DNA from: Chara braunii
Taxonomy: Eukaryota > Plantae > Charophyceae
Reading direction: 5' to 3'
Length of the DNA: 46,173 nucleotides
NCBI GenBank assembly: GCA_003427395.1
Contig: BFEA01000001.1
Span: 11,555,059 to 11,601,231, forward strand
Below, piece by piece: positions 11,240-24,170 of the stretch (positions are counted from its first letter, which is position 1; each line of letters opens with the position of its first letter). A program made the position numbers and the translations under genes. The notes beneath the pieces were generated by a model. It searched no databases and was not told the DNA's origin. It was given only the letters and a program-made list of their open reading frames with translations.

Positions 11240-13358
11240 TTACACTAGTTAAGGGGGTCACATGTTGGATTTTCCCAGGGATCAGGTAATCAGGCCGACT
11301 ACCACTCAGAACTTCAGCAAAGTAGGCGGAAGACAGGTTTCTACGTTTCTGCATTTCACCATTCAGGCGACTCAGGATGCTCGCAGTAAGGCCTGGCTGG
11401 ATCAAGACGTTGTCCAATTCGGCATTTTGATCTACCAAGAACAATCGAAGTGGAATTCCAACCAGGCCTACCGAAGCAGTGTTGCTCTAATGCTCACTCG
11501 GGGTGGCATGTTAAAGTGTGTCGTACCACCTTCAGGCATGTCTACTAGCAAGCGAACTGGAGGATCATCAGGAAAGAGTCTGAAGACAAATCGTTGTGCG
11601 AACACTTGTCGGACCTTCATGATCACGAACTGTTGTGTAGGTAGGTCTACCACATGGCATGCCGACATCGAGTATTTCTCGTTTGCCATGCGCAAACCGA
11701 GGACAAAGATTTTTTGTCCCTGCAGAGCACAGACGAACGGAAGAAGAAGGTTATCTTCCATTTGTGAGTCCTCTCTCCCCCTTGAATTGGCGCCGTCAAA
11801 AATATCACGTGGGGAGTTTTCCCCATTCGAGTCTACCTCACCTTCCTCCGAAGCATCTAGCAGTCGTAACTGACCTTCCTCCTCTCCTCTATCGGTTCTA
11901 CCGATACCATCGCCTCTGTTTTTTTTCTCCTTCGCTTGATTCTCCATTTCCACTTCTTCGCCGTCAACCCCATGGGAGAGTACACTTCCCCTTGGATTTG
12001 GGACCAGTGACAATTGCCTCGAGTTTTTTCCTGTGCCCAAGGTTTGGCCTAAACTCAGTCAGCCTTGGGTAGTTAAGTTCACCTTTTGTTGACCCAGAAG
12101 ACATGCTGAAAGAATACCTGCTACTTCCAGAACTGAAGCTTGCCAAGCGGCGTCCCCGATCATTTGCCATGTGTTTTCTTGTCCTTGCCCCACAGGTACT
12201 AATGAGCCCCCCGTGAGAAAAGGACGCTGTTGGTGCTCCTCTCCCTAAAGCCGTTTGTGCTGGTTGACTGCCATCCTGGGTTCTTCGTCGGGACTCTCCA
12301 TCTCATCCAGCCATTTGTGAAGCTCGTGCACCTCCGCCGATGGAAGATTCCGCTACTGTTTGAAGTGGTATTTCGAACGGGAGGTCTCTGGCAGCGTCTC
12401 GGATACCCCCTAAGGTTGCTTGGTTCAGATCCCTTCGGTTCCGAGTATCGAAGTTGCCCTCTCCTGCAGACCTGCCGCCTTCTGGACCTTCCTGTTGTTG
12501 GAGCTTCGGGCAACCGTCAGTTGCTGTGTGGAACCACCACTTACAGCGAGCACAATACGGAGTGTGCTTGCACATGAATTCGATGTTGACCGTTTGTCCA
12601 TCCTCAAGGCGCATAGGCAGCAGTGGATCAAACATCCCTTCCGCTTCAGGTACCAACTCGAATTTCATGTTCATCAGCTTCGGCCTTGATGGGTCCGGAT
12701 GAGGGGGAATAACTTTTATGAGCCTCCCCATGCTCTGTTCTATCAGGTCAGCAACAGGAAACATACCCCTCAGAGGTACTCTTAGGGCCATGACCCAAAA
12801 TTTCGAAGATTCTTCCAACCTCTTGCGCTCATTCAGTTCCAAGCAAGTCATCCATCGTTTAAAAACCATCTTGTATGTGATTCTACGGATTACCACGCTA
12901 TCTTCTCCTTTGTTGATGAGCCACTAGGCTACTTCACGTGACATGGCTATGTAGGATGTCACGTTTGGGCCCTCAGGATGAACTCTCCCACTTTTCATTG
13001 GTCTCGGAAAAACTCTTGTGCAGGTCCAATCGTTCTCGTAAGCCCGAATCAAGTCTTCACGTATCTTTGCCAGTAGCGACATCGCCTCTCCTTGGAAGAT
13101 TACAGTGATTGTGCGCTCCTTCAACCACCTCGTCGTCAGTTCTCCCACCCGCTTGTCTACCACGAAGATTCGAACCCCATTCTCTTGGATGAATTTGCCT
13201 TGGCGCAGTCGTTCCGGGAAGATCCCCTCTTCGTAGCACTAAGCAATCAGAATGTGAACTCAATCCTCCTCTGAAATCGGAATTTCCCCTTGGGGGGAAG
13301 ATCTATCATTCCTTAGGTTTTGTCGTGCCTCACCACTTGGTCCTGCCCCCGTGACCAT
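11226..13358 (-). pseudogene. LINE ORF1 (gag-like nucleic-acid-binding protein with CCHC knuckle), disrupted
   Basis: Collinear minus-strand ORF fragments with CARCKWWFHTATDGC (CX2CX4HX5C). The last fragment stops at 11226, overlapping the ORF2 ATG (11239) by 14 nt. Start is approximate and may extend to ~13617. Confidence 0.8.
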
Positions 13359-14097
13359 CCTCTTACCTCTTTGTAAGTAACCAGTCCTCGTGGCTCTCTG
13401 CGCTCTCCTAACTCCTACGTCGTTCGGCTAACTTATTTCACACGGTCACTTTGACGGCGGACGCCGAACGGCAGACGCCTACGCTACTCGCATGTAAACT
13501 CACAACAGTCTCTTCACTCCCAACGGGCCGGTTTACCTGGGGCAATCTCCCTCACCAACGGGAGGTCGCTCGGAAAACACTGAGCGAGACGTCCCAAACT
13601 GTCCTCGAAGCCATCATGGTGGTGACGTCGCGAAAAATCGGTTCGACCACTACAGCCGAATGCGCGAGTTTAGAACGCCAAGGCATCAGGTATCACGGTC
13701 CCTTGGCCTTGAAACTTCGGGTAAGCCAACACTGTGCCAATCTGATCGCTAACGCAAATTAGACGCTCAGGTTGTGTGTTTTTTGCCCGATGAAATGTTT
13801 GTGTGTTTTTTTTTTTTGTGGAAAGATCATTGCTCAATTTGTGCCCCTCAGTTTTCTCATATTTTTTCAGTAATTATTTTGATTACCCAAAATCGCCAAA
13901 GTAGACGCTCTCAACACTTTGCAACAAGCTGCTTACCGCCAGTACAAAAGCCCGTTGGTGACTGTCAGATCTTCAAGATCTGGCGGCCTAAAAAATTCCG
14001 TTGTTCAAGGTTTTGGGTCCCTTTTTGGGCCTCCCCCATTAGGCAGGACCCGCCTATGCGTTCGAAAGGTACACGTACGACAACCAAATAGTTGTCG

Positions 14098-14745
14098 GTC
14101 CCCCACAAAATGCAAAGGACCGGTCAACACACAACTTCCACCCAATTGGCCACAAAAATTCACGCCACCTTGACACTAACATGGCAATCCACTATACCGC
14201 AGCCTTAGGGCTGCAAACAACATTCTTTATAGTTTCCACTATGACTCCAAACACATTCCACACGTGGCAACCGCGACGCATTTTTTTTTGGGCCTAGGAT
14301 AGGACTCACGGAAACGTGTTATGCATCTAGTACTCTCGAGAAACGGTCCACCCCTTCAAAAACTACTTGTAGGGATCCAAGTGAAACGAGTGACCACTCC
14401 TTCGCATTTATGGAGGTACCGGTTCCACAAGCGATAATTGTGGGTCCTCCGCAAAAATGCGAAGGACAAGTCCCTTGACAAATTCAACCCCCAAAAAACA
14501 CAGTCCACACGCAGCCACAGTGGCACGTTTTTCGACGGACTAGGATAGGACTCACGAAAATGCGTTCTGCATCTGGTCCTCTCAATAAATGGTCCACCCT
14601 TTCAAAAACTAGTTTTTGGGGTCCAGGTGAAGCAAATAACCAATCCTTCGAATTTAAGAAGGTAATAGTGCTACGAGCGATAATTGCGTGTCCTCCACAA
14701 AAATGCGAAGACTAAGTCCCTCAACAAATTCAACCCCCAAAGAAA
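14098..14745 (+). repeat. Degenerate ~246-bp tandem repeat (two full units plus a partial one)
   Basis: CTAGGATAGGACTCACG at ~14294 and ~14539; GTCCTCCRCAAAAATGCGAAG at ~14444 and ~14690, with a weaker copy at ~14098. Confidence 0.8.
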
Positions 14746-16818
14746 CCCCTCAAGTTGTTACAACCGTTACACTTACCCACATTAAGAAAAATCGACCAGA
14801 ATTGATAGAAGGACGTACATGCATAGAAAAACAATCCTTACGAAAATCCTTACGACTATCCTTACGATAGAAGTCGAGCCAACGTGAGGTTGGACTTAGA
14901 AAATAACTCAAATTGGGTCGACAAGGTAGTCGAGGTATCGTAATTTTGACTTAATGTGTTGAGCCGATCCATTTCATTCCTTTGTTGAATAAGGACACTT
15001 AAGTCTTTGTCCTCTTGAGCGCTGATTACTGTTTTTTCCCATGAATGATGAAATACCTACCTTCCTCATAAGGTCATTCAAAGCATTGTCAAAGTCGTCA
15101 TTTTTTTCAAAAAAGTGTCACCACCTCATCTGGGTCCGGACTTCTTATGGAAAAATTCGTATCCACGAGAGTGGTGCCTATGTGTGCTCACTTTAATCTA
15201 GCTTTTCGTCGGACCAGGCTTCTTGAGGCACCGGTCTCCCACTCGGTGGTGCCACCTAAGGCGGCCACCTATAAGGTTGCTAAGTCAACCCCCTCATGCT
15301 TGTGATTAGGGGAGAGCCGACATCCCTCCTTAATCCTCGCGCGTGAAACCCTCTAGGAAGTGGTCTGGGGTACCCCTCCTCCTCGCCCGAGCACATGATG
15401 TGGATCTTACAAGTTGGATCATCCCGTCTAAATCATAAGAGTAGCCCCTCGTAAAGATAATTTACTTTGGGTCAATAAAAGAATGGGCTCCTAAACCAAC
15501 GAGCACTCGCCTCATATGCTTCGTAGAGTAAAGCTCTCGGACTTAGAATGAAAATCGTTCATACCTTATTCCCTCGTAAAAACAACCAATACGAAAAGGA
15601 GTCAGAGGAGGTAAAGCACGAAAATCATTTGAACAGACATGTAAAGATAGGTCATTTGGGAGAGAAGGGGTAATCTTTCGGATGAAAAGCAAATTTATAT
15701 TAATTCTCTTTCACTTTGTTAGCGAAAAGGTTCCTTTTTTTCAGAATTCTTATAATCCAACCAACATCAAACTCAACCTTTCAAGGCAAATAAGAGAAAA
15801 AAAGTTTATATCAAACTGTCAAGTTTTTCTTTTTATTTTCTTCCTACCAAACCCTTGCAGACAATTTTCATTTTTCATTGAATCTGTTTTTGTACATGCA
15901 TATGCATCCAATCAAGAAAACCATAATCCACATATAAGTCATACATTTTCATTCACACCGGAAAACACCTTTCCTTTGCCAAAGTCAAATACATGTGGGT
16001 TCACATGGTTGTGAAGAGAGTCGAATAAAGTGAAAATAACCTTGAGTGAAGAAAGAACTGAATTACTGAAGAAATTCAGATAATCTCCCAACCAAGTAGA
16101 AAAGTAAATGTTGTCGACGCCAAGTATGTTTGACCCACAACTCGTCTCATTGCAGCCTTGTTATTAAGAAACAGTTCATATGCTTTTTAGCAGACCTGAA
16201 TATGTAAAGGTTGGGCCCACCAAAAAGACTTTAGTGAGATAACCCTCAACAGAGTTAAGTCCTAAGGTAAGTCTCACGTGGTACCAGTGTCTCAGCGTAG
16301 CCTTACAATATTAGATGCTCCTTATTGTCAAAATTGTTTGCACCATATACCTAAAAACAAAAAGTCAAAGGTGAAAAAAATTATCGATGTCACTCGTCCC
16401 GAATGTTGTCGTCCTGCCCACACATATTTGAACTAGTCCCAAGTAAACCACCAAGTTCAAGGGATTGTCCCAAGTCCACCACCAGTCCTAAATTGCACTA
16501 TAAAATAAAAAATTGTGTGCCGCCAACCAAAAGTCGTTTCTCAATTGCCGCACCCAGGAACCCAATTGTCATTACGCACCGTAGCCAAAATTCACTCTCG
16601 ATGCAACAAGTGCAGCCCCACTCATGCTAGGCAACACTTCCACCTCACCTCATACAAAAAGGGTGTTTTGCTCAAGAAAAAGAATTCCCCCCTTACAAAG
16701 TCACATCATTGCCAAAATATGCTCAACATCGTCCCCTTACAATACCTTGCAGTCCTTCAAGTTGTGCCGACGATCCAACAATATCGCCGACGTGTTGACC
16801 ATACACCGGCATCTTTCC

Positions 16819-18800
16819 TCAAAACAATGTGCCGCTGCTAAAAAATTTTGGCAGCATAACCCCACAAAAAGTCAGTTGCTTATTTGTTAAAAATTTAGCA
16901 ACATAACCGTTACAAAATGAGAATGTAGCCAGCCAGACGTCTACTGTACCGCCGTATGCGGACGACGTTGAAGTCCTGTTAAAAAATAAAACCTTAGGTT
17001 GGATTGGAGAAATCCACGTCCAGAGGTCCCTTCCAAAGTCTGGTTCAAAGCCCTCGTTCACAATACGGTCCCATGGATGACCCCGTAGTCACAACACTAG
17101 CCTAAAGTTGGGGCAGAGTACCCCCAACCTTGGCTATGGCTGCCCCGCTCCTTCTCCATCTCCCTGCAGGCCTCAACTCCGCCAACTGAGCAGACTTTCA
17201 TGTCCTCTAGCAACTCCTCCAACAGCCTCTCCCTCAAAGTGGTGCAGGGACCAGCCAACACTCATATAAGTGGTGGGGGGGGGCAACCACCTCGAATGTG
17301 AGGCTGTTGGTGGTGCTACTGCCCTTTTACACTTGTTGGAGGGTTGTGGGCATCAACTCGTCCCGCATACAAAACATTCGGCCCAACCTAGACCCTTGAT
17401 CCAAACAAAAGGTCAAGGGTCACAATCATTGATTTCCCCCTACGAAAAACAAGGGACTTCAAACTTTAATGTACCTGGGTTTTTCCCAGGCCGTGTGGGT
17501 TGAGGAAAGGTTGCACAAAGTCATTCCTTGTGACACTGCTCACCTCCCGCTGCTCCCTTAAGTTGTGCACCTATCCAAACTTTTAGTCACGTTCAAGCCT
17601 TCCCTCTAATGTCATTTCCTACCTTACATTCATAAAAACTTAACGAATCTGATAAAAAACAAGGTCAAAATCAAAGAGGAAAAACATTGATTCGGGCCCG
17701 CCTTTCAATAGGTTCGGGGGCCCAACGGGCACGAATGCACACACCTTGCCAATAGGTTCGGGGACCCACGTTATCATAGTGGAGCTTGAATTCGGGCCCG
17801 CCTTTCAATAGGTTTGGGGGCCCAACGGGCACGAATGCATACACCTTGCCAATAAAACAGGGCCAGGGAGAAACGAGGTAAGTTTATTTTCCGTCTTTTT
17901 GTTCTCTTCCTTTTTTTCTGTCTCTTCTTTTTATGTTTTTCCTCTTTGATTTTGACCTTGTTTTTTGTCAGATTCGTTAAGTTTTTATGAATGTAAGGTA
18001 GGAAATGACATTAGAGGGAAGGCTTGAACGTGACTAAAAGTTTGGATAAGTGCACAACTTAAGGGAGTAGCGGGAGGTGACCAGTGTCACAAGGAATGAC
18101 TTTGTGCAACCTTTCCTCAACCCACACGGCCTGGGAAAAACCCAGGTACATTAAAGTTTGAAGTCCCTTGTTTTTCGTAGGGGGAAATCAATGATTGTGA
18201 CCCTTGACCTTTTGTTTGGATCAAGGGTCTAGGTTGGGCCGAATGTTTTGTATGCGGGACGAGTTGATGCCCACAACCCTCCAACAAGTGTAAAAGGGCA
18301 GTAGCACCACCAACAGCCTCACATTCGAGGTGGTTTGCCCCCCCCCCCACTTATATGAGTGTTGGCTGGTCCCTGCACCACTTTGAGGGAGAGGCTGTTG
18401 GAGGAGTTGCTAGAGGACATGAAAGTCTGCTCAGCTGGCGGAGTTGAGGCCTGCACGGAGATGGAGAAGGAGCGGGGCAGCCATAGCCAAGGTTGAGGGT
18501 ACTCTGCCCCAACTTTAGGCTAGTGTTGTGACTATGGGGTCATCCATGGGACCGTATTGTGAACGAGGGCTTTGAACCAGACTTTGGAAGGGACCTCTGG
18601 ACGTGGATTTGTCCGATCCAACCTAAGGTTTTATTTTTTAACAGGATTTCAACGCCGTCCGTATATGGCGGTGCAGTAGACGTCTGGCTGGCTACATTCT
18701 CATTTTGTAACGGTTATGTTGCTAAATTTTAACACATAAGCAACTGACTTTTTGTGGGGTTATGCTGCCAAAATTTTTTAGCAGCGGCACATTGTTTTGA
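16819..18800. repeat. 2-kb foldback: ~870-bp inverted arms (16819-17687 and 17933-18800) around a 245-bp spacer
   Basis: Arms are reverse complements with scattered substitutions; the ORF track shows the same 77-aa ORF on both strands (17270-17503 + and 18117-18350 -). The spacer holds a ~65-bp direct repeat at 17690 and 17790. Confidence 0.95.
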
Positions 18801-20043
18801 CCTAATCTACAGACCCTCAAATATATAGAGTTTTCTATGAATTCTTTTAAACATGAAAAATCATCAAAGTGGCGGCTTTGAAATTGTGGGACTAGGCCCA
18901 CCGGTTGACAACGGTCGCCGCCCGCCCCAAAAAACCCGCCCGAAGGAGGACACTTTCCAAGAGGTGGGTAGAGGGATGGTTTAAGGGAGGATTCATTTTC
19001 AGTTTTGCATATTTGGTAGGTTGTGGAATAAATTCATCCTCAAGCAAGGGCCTCTACATTTGGGTTGCAGTTGGATTCGAACTTGAGTCTTGGGTTTTTG
19101 AAAGTTAGAGTCCTCGTGGAGGCACTAATTTTGCCCATGCACTAATCACCGCGCCGGTTGACAACGATCCGTAGATTACGTTGTAATATCTCTATGAAAA
19201 ATATGAGAGAATAAAACATGATTTTGCCCATGCAATAATCACCGCGCCAATTCGACATATCTTCATTTTTTGCTACTCGATACCAGGGTCAAGCCCCACA
19301 CTTAGTTGTTCGCAGACCATGTGCCTATTTGAAAAAACAGCCTACCAGTCCTGCGAATTTTTGAAGGCAGGTAGAGGGGTGCCCGTTTGGCTGGTTGTAC
19401 ATGAATGGGAAGTTCTTTTAAAAAAAATAATAAAAAAAATGCTTACCTAAAAATCAGTCAGGCTCCCCATACATCCAAGCGCCGACACAAATGTTTGGAG
19501 TTGGAGCTACCACCTGTTTTAAATTGCGCCATCTGACGTTTTCTTCTTTTATTTTTTCCCCTCCGTTGGCTTACGTTAACAATGGCTTCACCTGCATGGG
19601 CCACCGCCAAGAGCTGTTGAACTTGAAATACAAACCTGAGTTCGATTCCACGCGGAATCGATCTTAACAAAAGGGGAAAAAATTGGACCATTTCTCGATC
19701 AATAAGTGCCATCCTTGCACAACCGCCATACTAACTGCACGCTGCAGATTTTAGTCGCAACATCCTCAAATCACGTGGTCAAAATCAACCGCACCACTGC
19801 GTCCAGACTTCTGGGATGCCCCAAAAGAAGCTAGCCTAGTCGGGAACTTATAGATTCAATCCCTGTACCCACAAGGTCAGAGTTTGGCATGTTACCTACT
19901 AGGCTAGCTCCTACTTCGGAAGAAGTATGAGTGACTTTTCTGTAAAAAGAGCATTGCTCCAGCAAGTCGCCCATCTATGGCAAAGTCTTGTGGGCTAGAG
20001 TGTCGGGTTTCCAACACTTTGGGGAGAAAAAAAACCTCCCAAG

Positions 20044-20763
20044 CAGGGCAACCGGCGTTCGGGACGGGCCGAACGCCCGAACGTACGGGTCCCCTTGGGG
20101 TTGTGTTCAACCATTCATGCCGAACGTGGACAAAAAAAATAAATAAATAAAAATTAAAAAATATGAAAAAATATATGTTATGAAACAAAAAAAGTAAAGA
20201 ATATTTGCCCGAGCGTATCATCCAAATTACTTACCAAATTTAAAATAAAAATAAAATATAGAAGAAAAAAAAATAAAAAAATTAGTGAGTGAGCGAGCAC
20301 GTTTTCGACACCTCGATCTTTGGCGATTTCTCATTTTTGTTTTTCATAAACAAATGCGCTGAAAATTTACCGATGTGTACTTCACATAATACAAAACCTA
20401 TTAATTTTTTTTTTAAAAATAATAAAACTGTTTAGGCCCAACAATAAAGTGAAAAAAAAAAAAAAAAAGTAAAAAAATATATATATAGTAAATGGGCGAG
20501 CATGTTTTGACACCGCCATCATTTGCGATTTTTAATTTTTGTTTGGCTAAGCAAAATGACTTCAAAATTTATAGGCATGTAACTCACATTATAGAGAACT
20601 CGCATAAACAAAATTAAAAAAAAAAAAAGTTATTTTTTTTCCCCCGAAATAAGTTTTTGCGGGGGCCAAACGCAGTTGGGCTTGAACCTCAAACGGGACC
20701 CCGAACGCCGGTACGTACGGAGGTAGGCCCGGGGACCTCCGTACATACGGCCTGGTGACCCTG
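20044..20763. mobile_element. Non-autonomous hAT-like TIR element
   Basis: Termini CAGGGCAACC...GGTGACCCTG; flanks CTCCCAAG and CTTGCGAG could be a decayed 8-bp TSD (5/8 match); GC-rich subterminal CCGAAC/GTTCGG motifs and an internal ~200-bp tandem duplication. Confidence 0.6.
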
Positions 20764-21698
20764 CTTGCGAGCATATTGTTCGAGACCTATTAGGAATAAT
20801 AATTTAAAAAAAAAATTAAGCGGTCTATATCTCTCACCACGGTCAAGCATCTCGCACAACCATTCTTTTTGGCCACTTAGGCTATGAATCGCGCGACTGC
20901 TAAATCATGCATCCCTTTTTTTGTATAACATATTTAATTTAGCATTGCACCGACTGTGCGCCCTTGCAGCCTCACTAGAAGTGGAACACAACCGCTCATC
21001 TCGCCCGTCACGACCCATTCTTCTTTTACGTTGGCAAGTGTCCGAACTCGAGTTTAAAATTTTTACTAAGTTTTTCAATCATAGGTCTAGTTTTTATAAT
21101 CTTTCGGTAGGTGCATGAACCTCATCAAAGTTCTTTATTTCGGAACTTTCCTTCATATTTATCAGAAAACATCCGACATAAAAAAACAACTCCAACACAT
21201 ACCCTTGGAAGGATTTATGCTCCAACTTTTTGCAGCTGCTCTTTTCCGTGAGCCATTTAACAATTTGTACTGCAAGATGAACTATACACTGCAGAAGGTT
21301 TGCTTATCTCTAGTTCGGTAGGTTCATAATAAGGTGGAAAAACGTTTTCCACTCTTGTTCCCCACACATATGTAACTCATCTTGCCGTACCCACTCCTTT
21401 TATCATCCTTCGAAAATCTTAATCCGAATGTCGTAGGGGGCCGGCCTGATCCGATAGAGGTAATTTCTTGTTATTTAATGAAAATACCGGACCATTTTAA
21501 ACCACCAGTACCTCCGAGTCTGTTTTTGCCGACCCTGAATTTCACTGCGCTCCAAGTTTGCCGAGCTTGGGTCCCACTCTATTTCTTTATGGTACTCTCA
21601 CGGGGATTAAAAAAAAAAAAAAAAAAAAAAAAAAGTTGCGGTAATGAAACTCACGAAAAAAGAAAAGGAAACAATGCTTTGGTCGTGATTGCAGTTGT

Positions 21699-22070
21699 AT
21701 ACATTCTTGGAAGTGGTAGTGTGAGTGTGCTCTCAGTAAATACATTCTTGGAAGTGGTAGTGTGAGTGTGCTCTCAGTAAGGGCATCTCTGCCCCGTGGC
21801 CTGGTTGTCAGATTCCAAAAGCACACACAAAAAAAAACAGAAACACGTATTTGGCCGTGGAAATGGTTGGATACGTTCCTCTAAGTGTCAGTGTAATGAG
21901 GGTTACAATCCTCTGAGGGACCACAGCCTAAGCAGATCACGGATTTAGATTGTCAGATTCCAAAAACAGAAAAAAAAAGAAACAGAAACACGTATTCGAC
22001 AGTGAAAATGGATGGATACATCAGGGTTACAATCCTTTTAGGAAACACAGCCAGCGCAGATCACGGATTC
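21699..22070 (+). repeat. Two local tandem duplications (~41 bp and ~145 bp)
   Basis: TACATTCTTGGAAGTGGTAGTGTGAGTGTGCTCTCAGTAA twice; TTGTCAGATTCCAAAA...AGGGTTACAATCCT...GCAGATCACGGATT twice. Confidence 0.85.
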
Positions 22071-22989
22071 CCCAATGCCTCGTTGGCAGGGGACTCATAA
22101 TAAACAAACGAGAGAAAAAAAAACAAACAAGTTTCATAATATTATCGTTTTTGTTGTATGATGCATTCTGTAGAGGAAGACTGTGAGCACGGTCTCCTAG
22201 ACTACCCTGCCCGACATCATTGCAGTACATAAGTTTTTTTTTTTTTCCTTTTTCTTTCACGCGCGGGCAAAAGAAAACTAAGATTTATAGGACTCGCCGA
22301 CCCTGGGCCCCACCACCGATTTCTTCGAGGACAGACCAGTACTTTGTAATTTCCCAACACTGGCAGAGGTACTGGACCTACTGGTGGTTTAAAACTTTGT
22401 TGTGGACGACAAACCCAACTACTTTGATCAAATATGAGATCCTACACTAATGCGTTTATTTTGAAGAGATTGGTCGTCCTTTGCCTGTATCTCATAACAC
22501 ACTAACTGACTATAGTTCGTCCTCCTATAATGTTAATCCCTCCTGGTCCCGCTTATCTATTAGCGGACCGATCTTATTACGACCTCCCGTTGCTAGTCAA
22601 ACCTACACCTTCAATGAATTGTCTGCGCACATTCCCTCAACTTGATAATCTATCCCTAACTCCCCTCGTTCAACCACTTTTTCACCATTCGTCCTTTGAT
22701 CTTTGAATTCAGTATGACGGTACCGCTTTCAGTATCAAGTGGAGGTATTATAACTTAGCTACCTCCCTATATAGTATTTCCTTCACGGCTTGATCCTTTC
22801 GTCATCTCCTCTTTCGCCGATCCCACATGTGCTTCACCTCATATACCCCCTTCTCCAGCCACTACCTCCCGAATGCATGAGGCTCCCTGTTCCAAGGGAA
22901 AGGGTCTTTTTTTTTTACCATGATGAAGGTATTGCCAAAGAGTGGTTGCACTAATATTTGATCAATTGTCATCGGGTATCGCTGAGTTC

Positions 22990-24170
22990 ATTGAAAATTT
23001 TGCCAAATAGTTAGCACTGGGGACCAGACAGTTCCCTGTTGTAGATTCTTAAGGATATGGGGTGCCATTAAAGCATGCAACATTGTTTCTTGTGGTATAA
23101 GGGACACGCTAAATGTTTCCAGTCTGCACCATCTTCTTGCAATAATAGCTAAACTATTGTTTGTGCTTGCAATGCCCATGGTTGGTGTTCTACGTCCAGG
23201 ATCGCTAAGTCGGTCATAGCTTTGGGTTGGGTAATTTTAACCCATGTCATCCGTACTATTGCTTTCTCTACTCTCGGATCCGAGGTAAAAACAAATGTGG
23301 TCGTCACTCTCTAAAAATCTAACAATTGTTGGCACGATGAAATATAAATGACCACTACATACGAGACAAGGGAAATCAACGCGTTGTTTATCAAAAGTGT
23401 TGTACAAAATACCCCAACCACGATGTTGCCCAACCATGACGTGACCCAAGCCACAACTGCTGCCATAAGTTTCGCTATTTATGTCTCTCCTTCATGTTTT
23501 GTTGCTACCAGCTCCACTATTTGGGGGTCTCTCCTTCGTGTACTTTACTTTGACTCCTTTCGACAAAACGTCCATCTTCCCACAGTCCCCGATTTCCACC
23601 CCCTTCAACTTTATTATTACGGATTTCCTTTAGTTAACTCTCACTTCTAATGCCTTGGTAAAGTTGTTGATTATGCGTTGTAAAATATTGAGCTGTTTTT
23701 TTTATGCTCTATTGATCGCCCCCGTGCCATCGGTGAACGTAAAAGCTTTGATCTTTGTCTTGAGTAGTCTTAGGCCGACCAACTTATAATTTTCTCATAT
23801 CATGTTGTATAATACCTTGACATATAGTATTAGTATGTATAACGTCGGCGAAATCGGACATCCTTGCCTAATTATGCTTGTAGCAGAAAACATCTGGGAC
23901 GTTCGTCATTAAATTCTGATAGCCACTTGTGCAATTCCTAATATTGCTTGCATCAATTTTACAAATTGTTCCCCTAACCCTCTCATCAACAATGCTTCCC
24001 TCAAGAAAATGTCACCGAACCTTATCATACGTTTTTTTTAAGTCTATGGATACTACCAACATTGGTTGCTCCATAAATTTCAAAATTCGAAACAAATGGT
24101 TGAAGTTGGTTCCTTCGCTCATGTGTCTCCACGTCCGTGTTTGGCGCACCAACCCAACAACTTTGAAAAT
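22990..24170 (-). pseudogene. Old, heavily degraded LINE reverse transcriptase remnant
   Basis: Manual translation: MLVVSIDLKKTYDKVR*HFL, IRQGCPISPTLY, FTDG (decayed FADD), NNFTKALEVRVN*RKS, MGIAS...IIARRW, in LINE RT motif order. Confidence 0.8.

Larger units (their letters stand above)
6271..13770 (-). mobile_element. L1/Tx1-type LINE retrotransposon, near full length, inactivated
   Basis: ORF1 and ORF2 in order on the minus strand, ~340-bp 3'UTR, and an A-rich (AAAT)n tail at 6271-6300. The 5' boundary is approximate and no TSD was found. Confidence 0.9.

Noticed and set aside
19060-19660. tRNA or SINE heads (B-box-like GTTCGAATCC on minus ~19075; GAGTTCGATTCC ~19640)
   Set aside because: No cloverleaf or convincing A box; at most very decayed SINE remnants.
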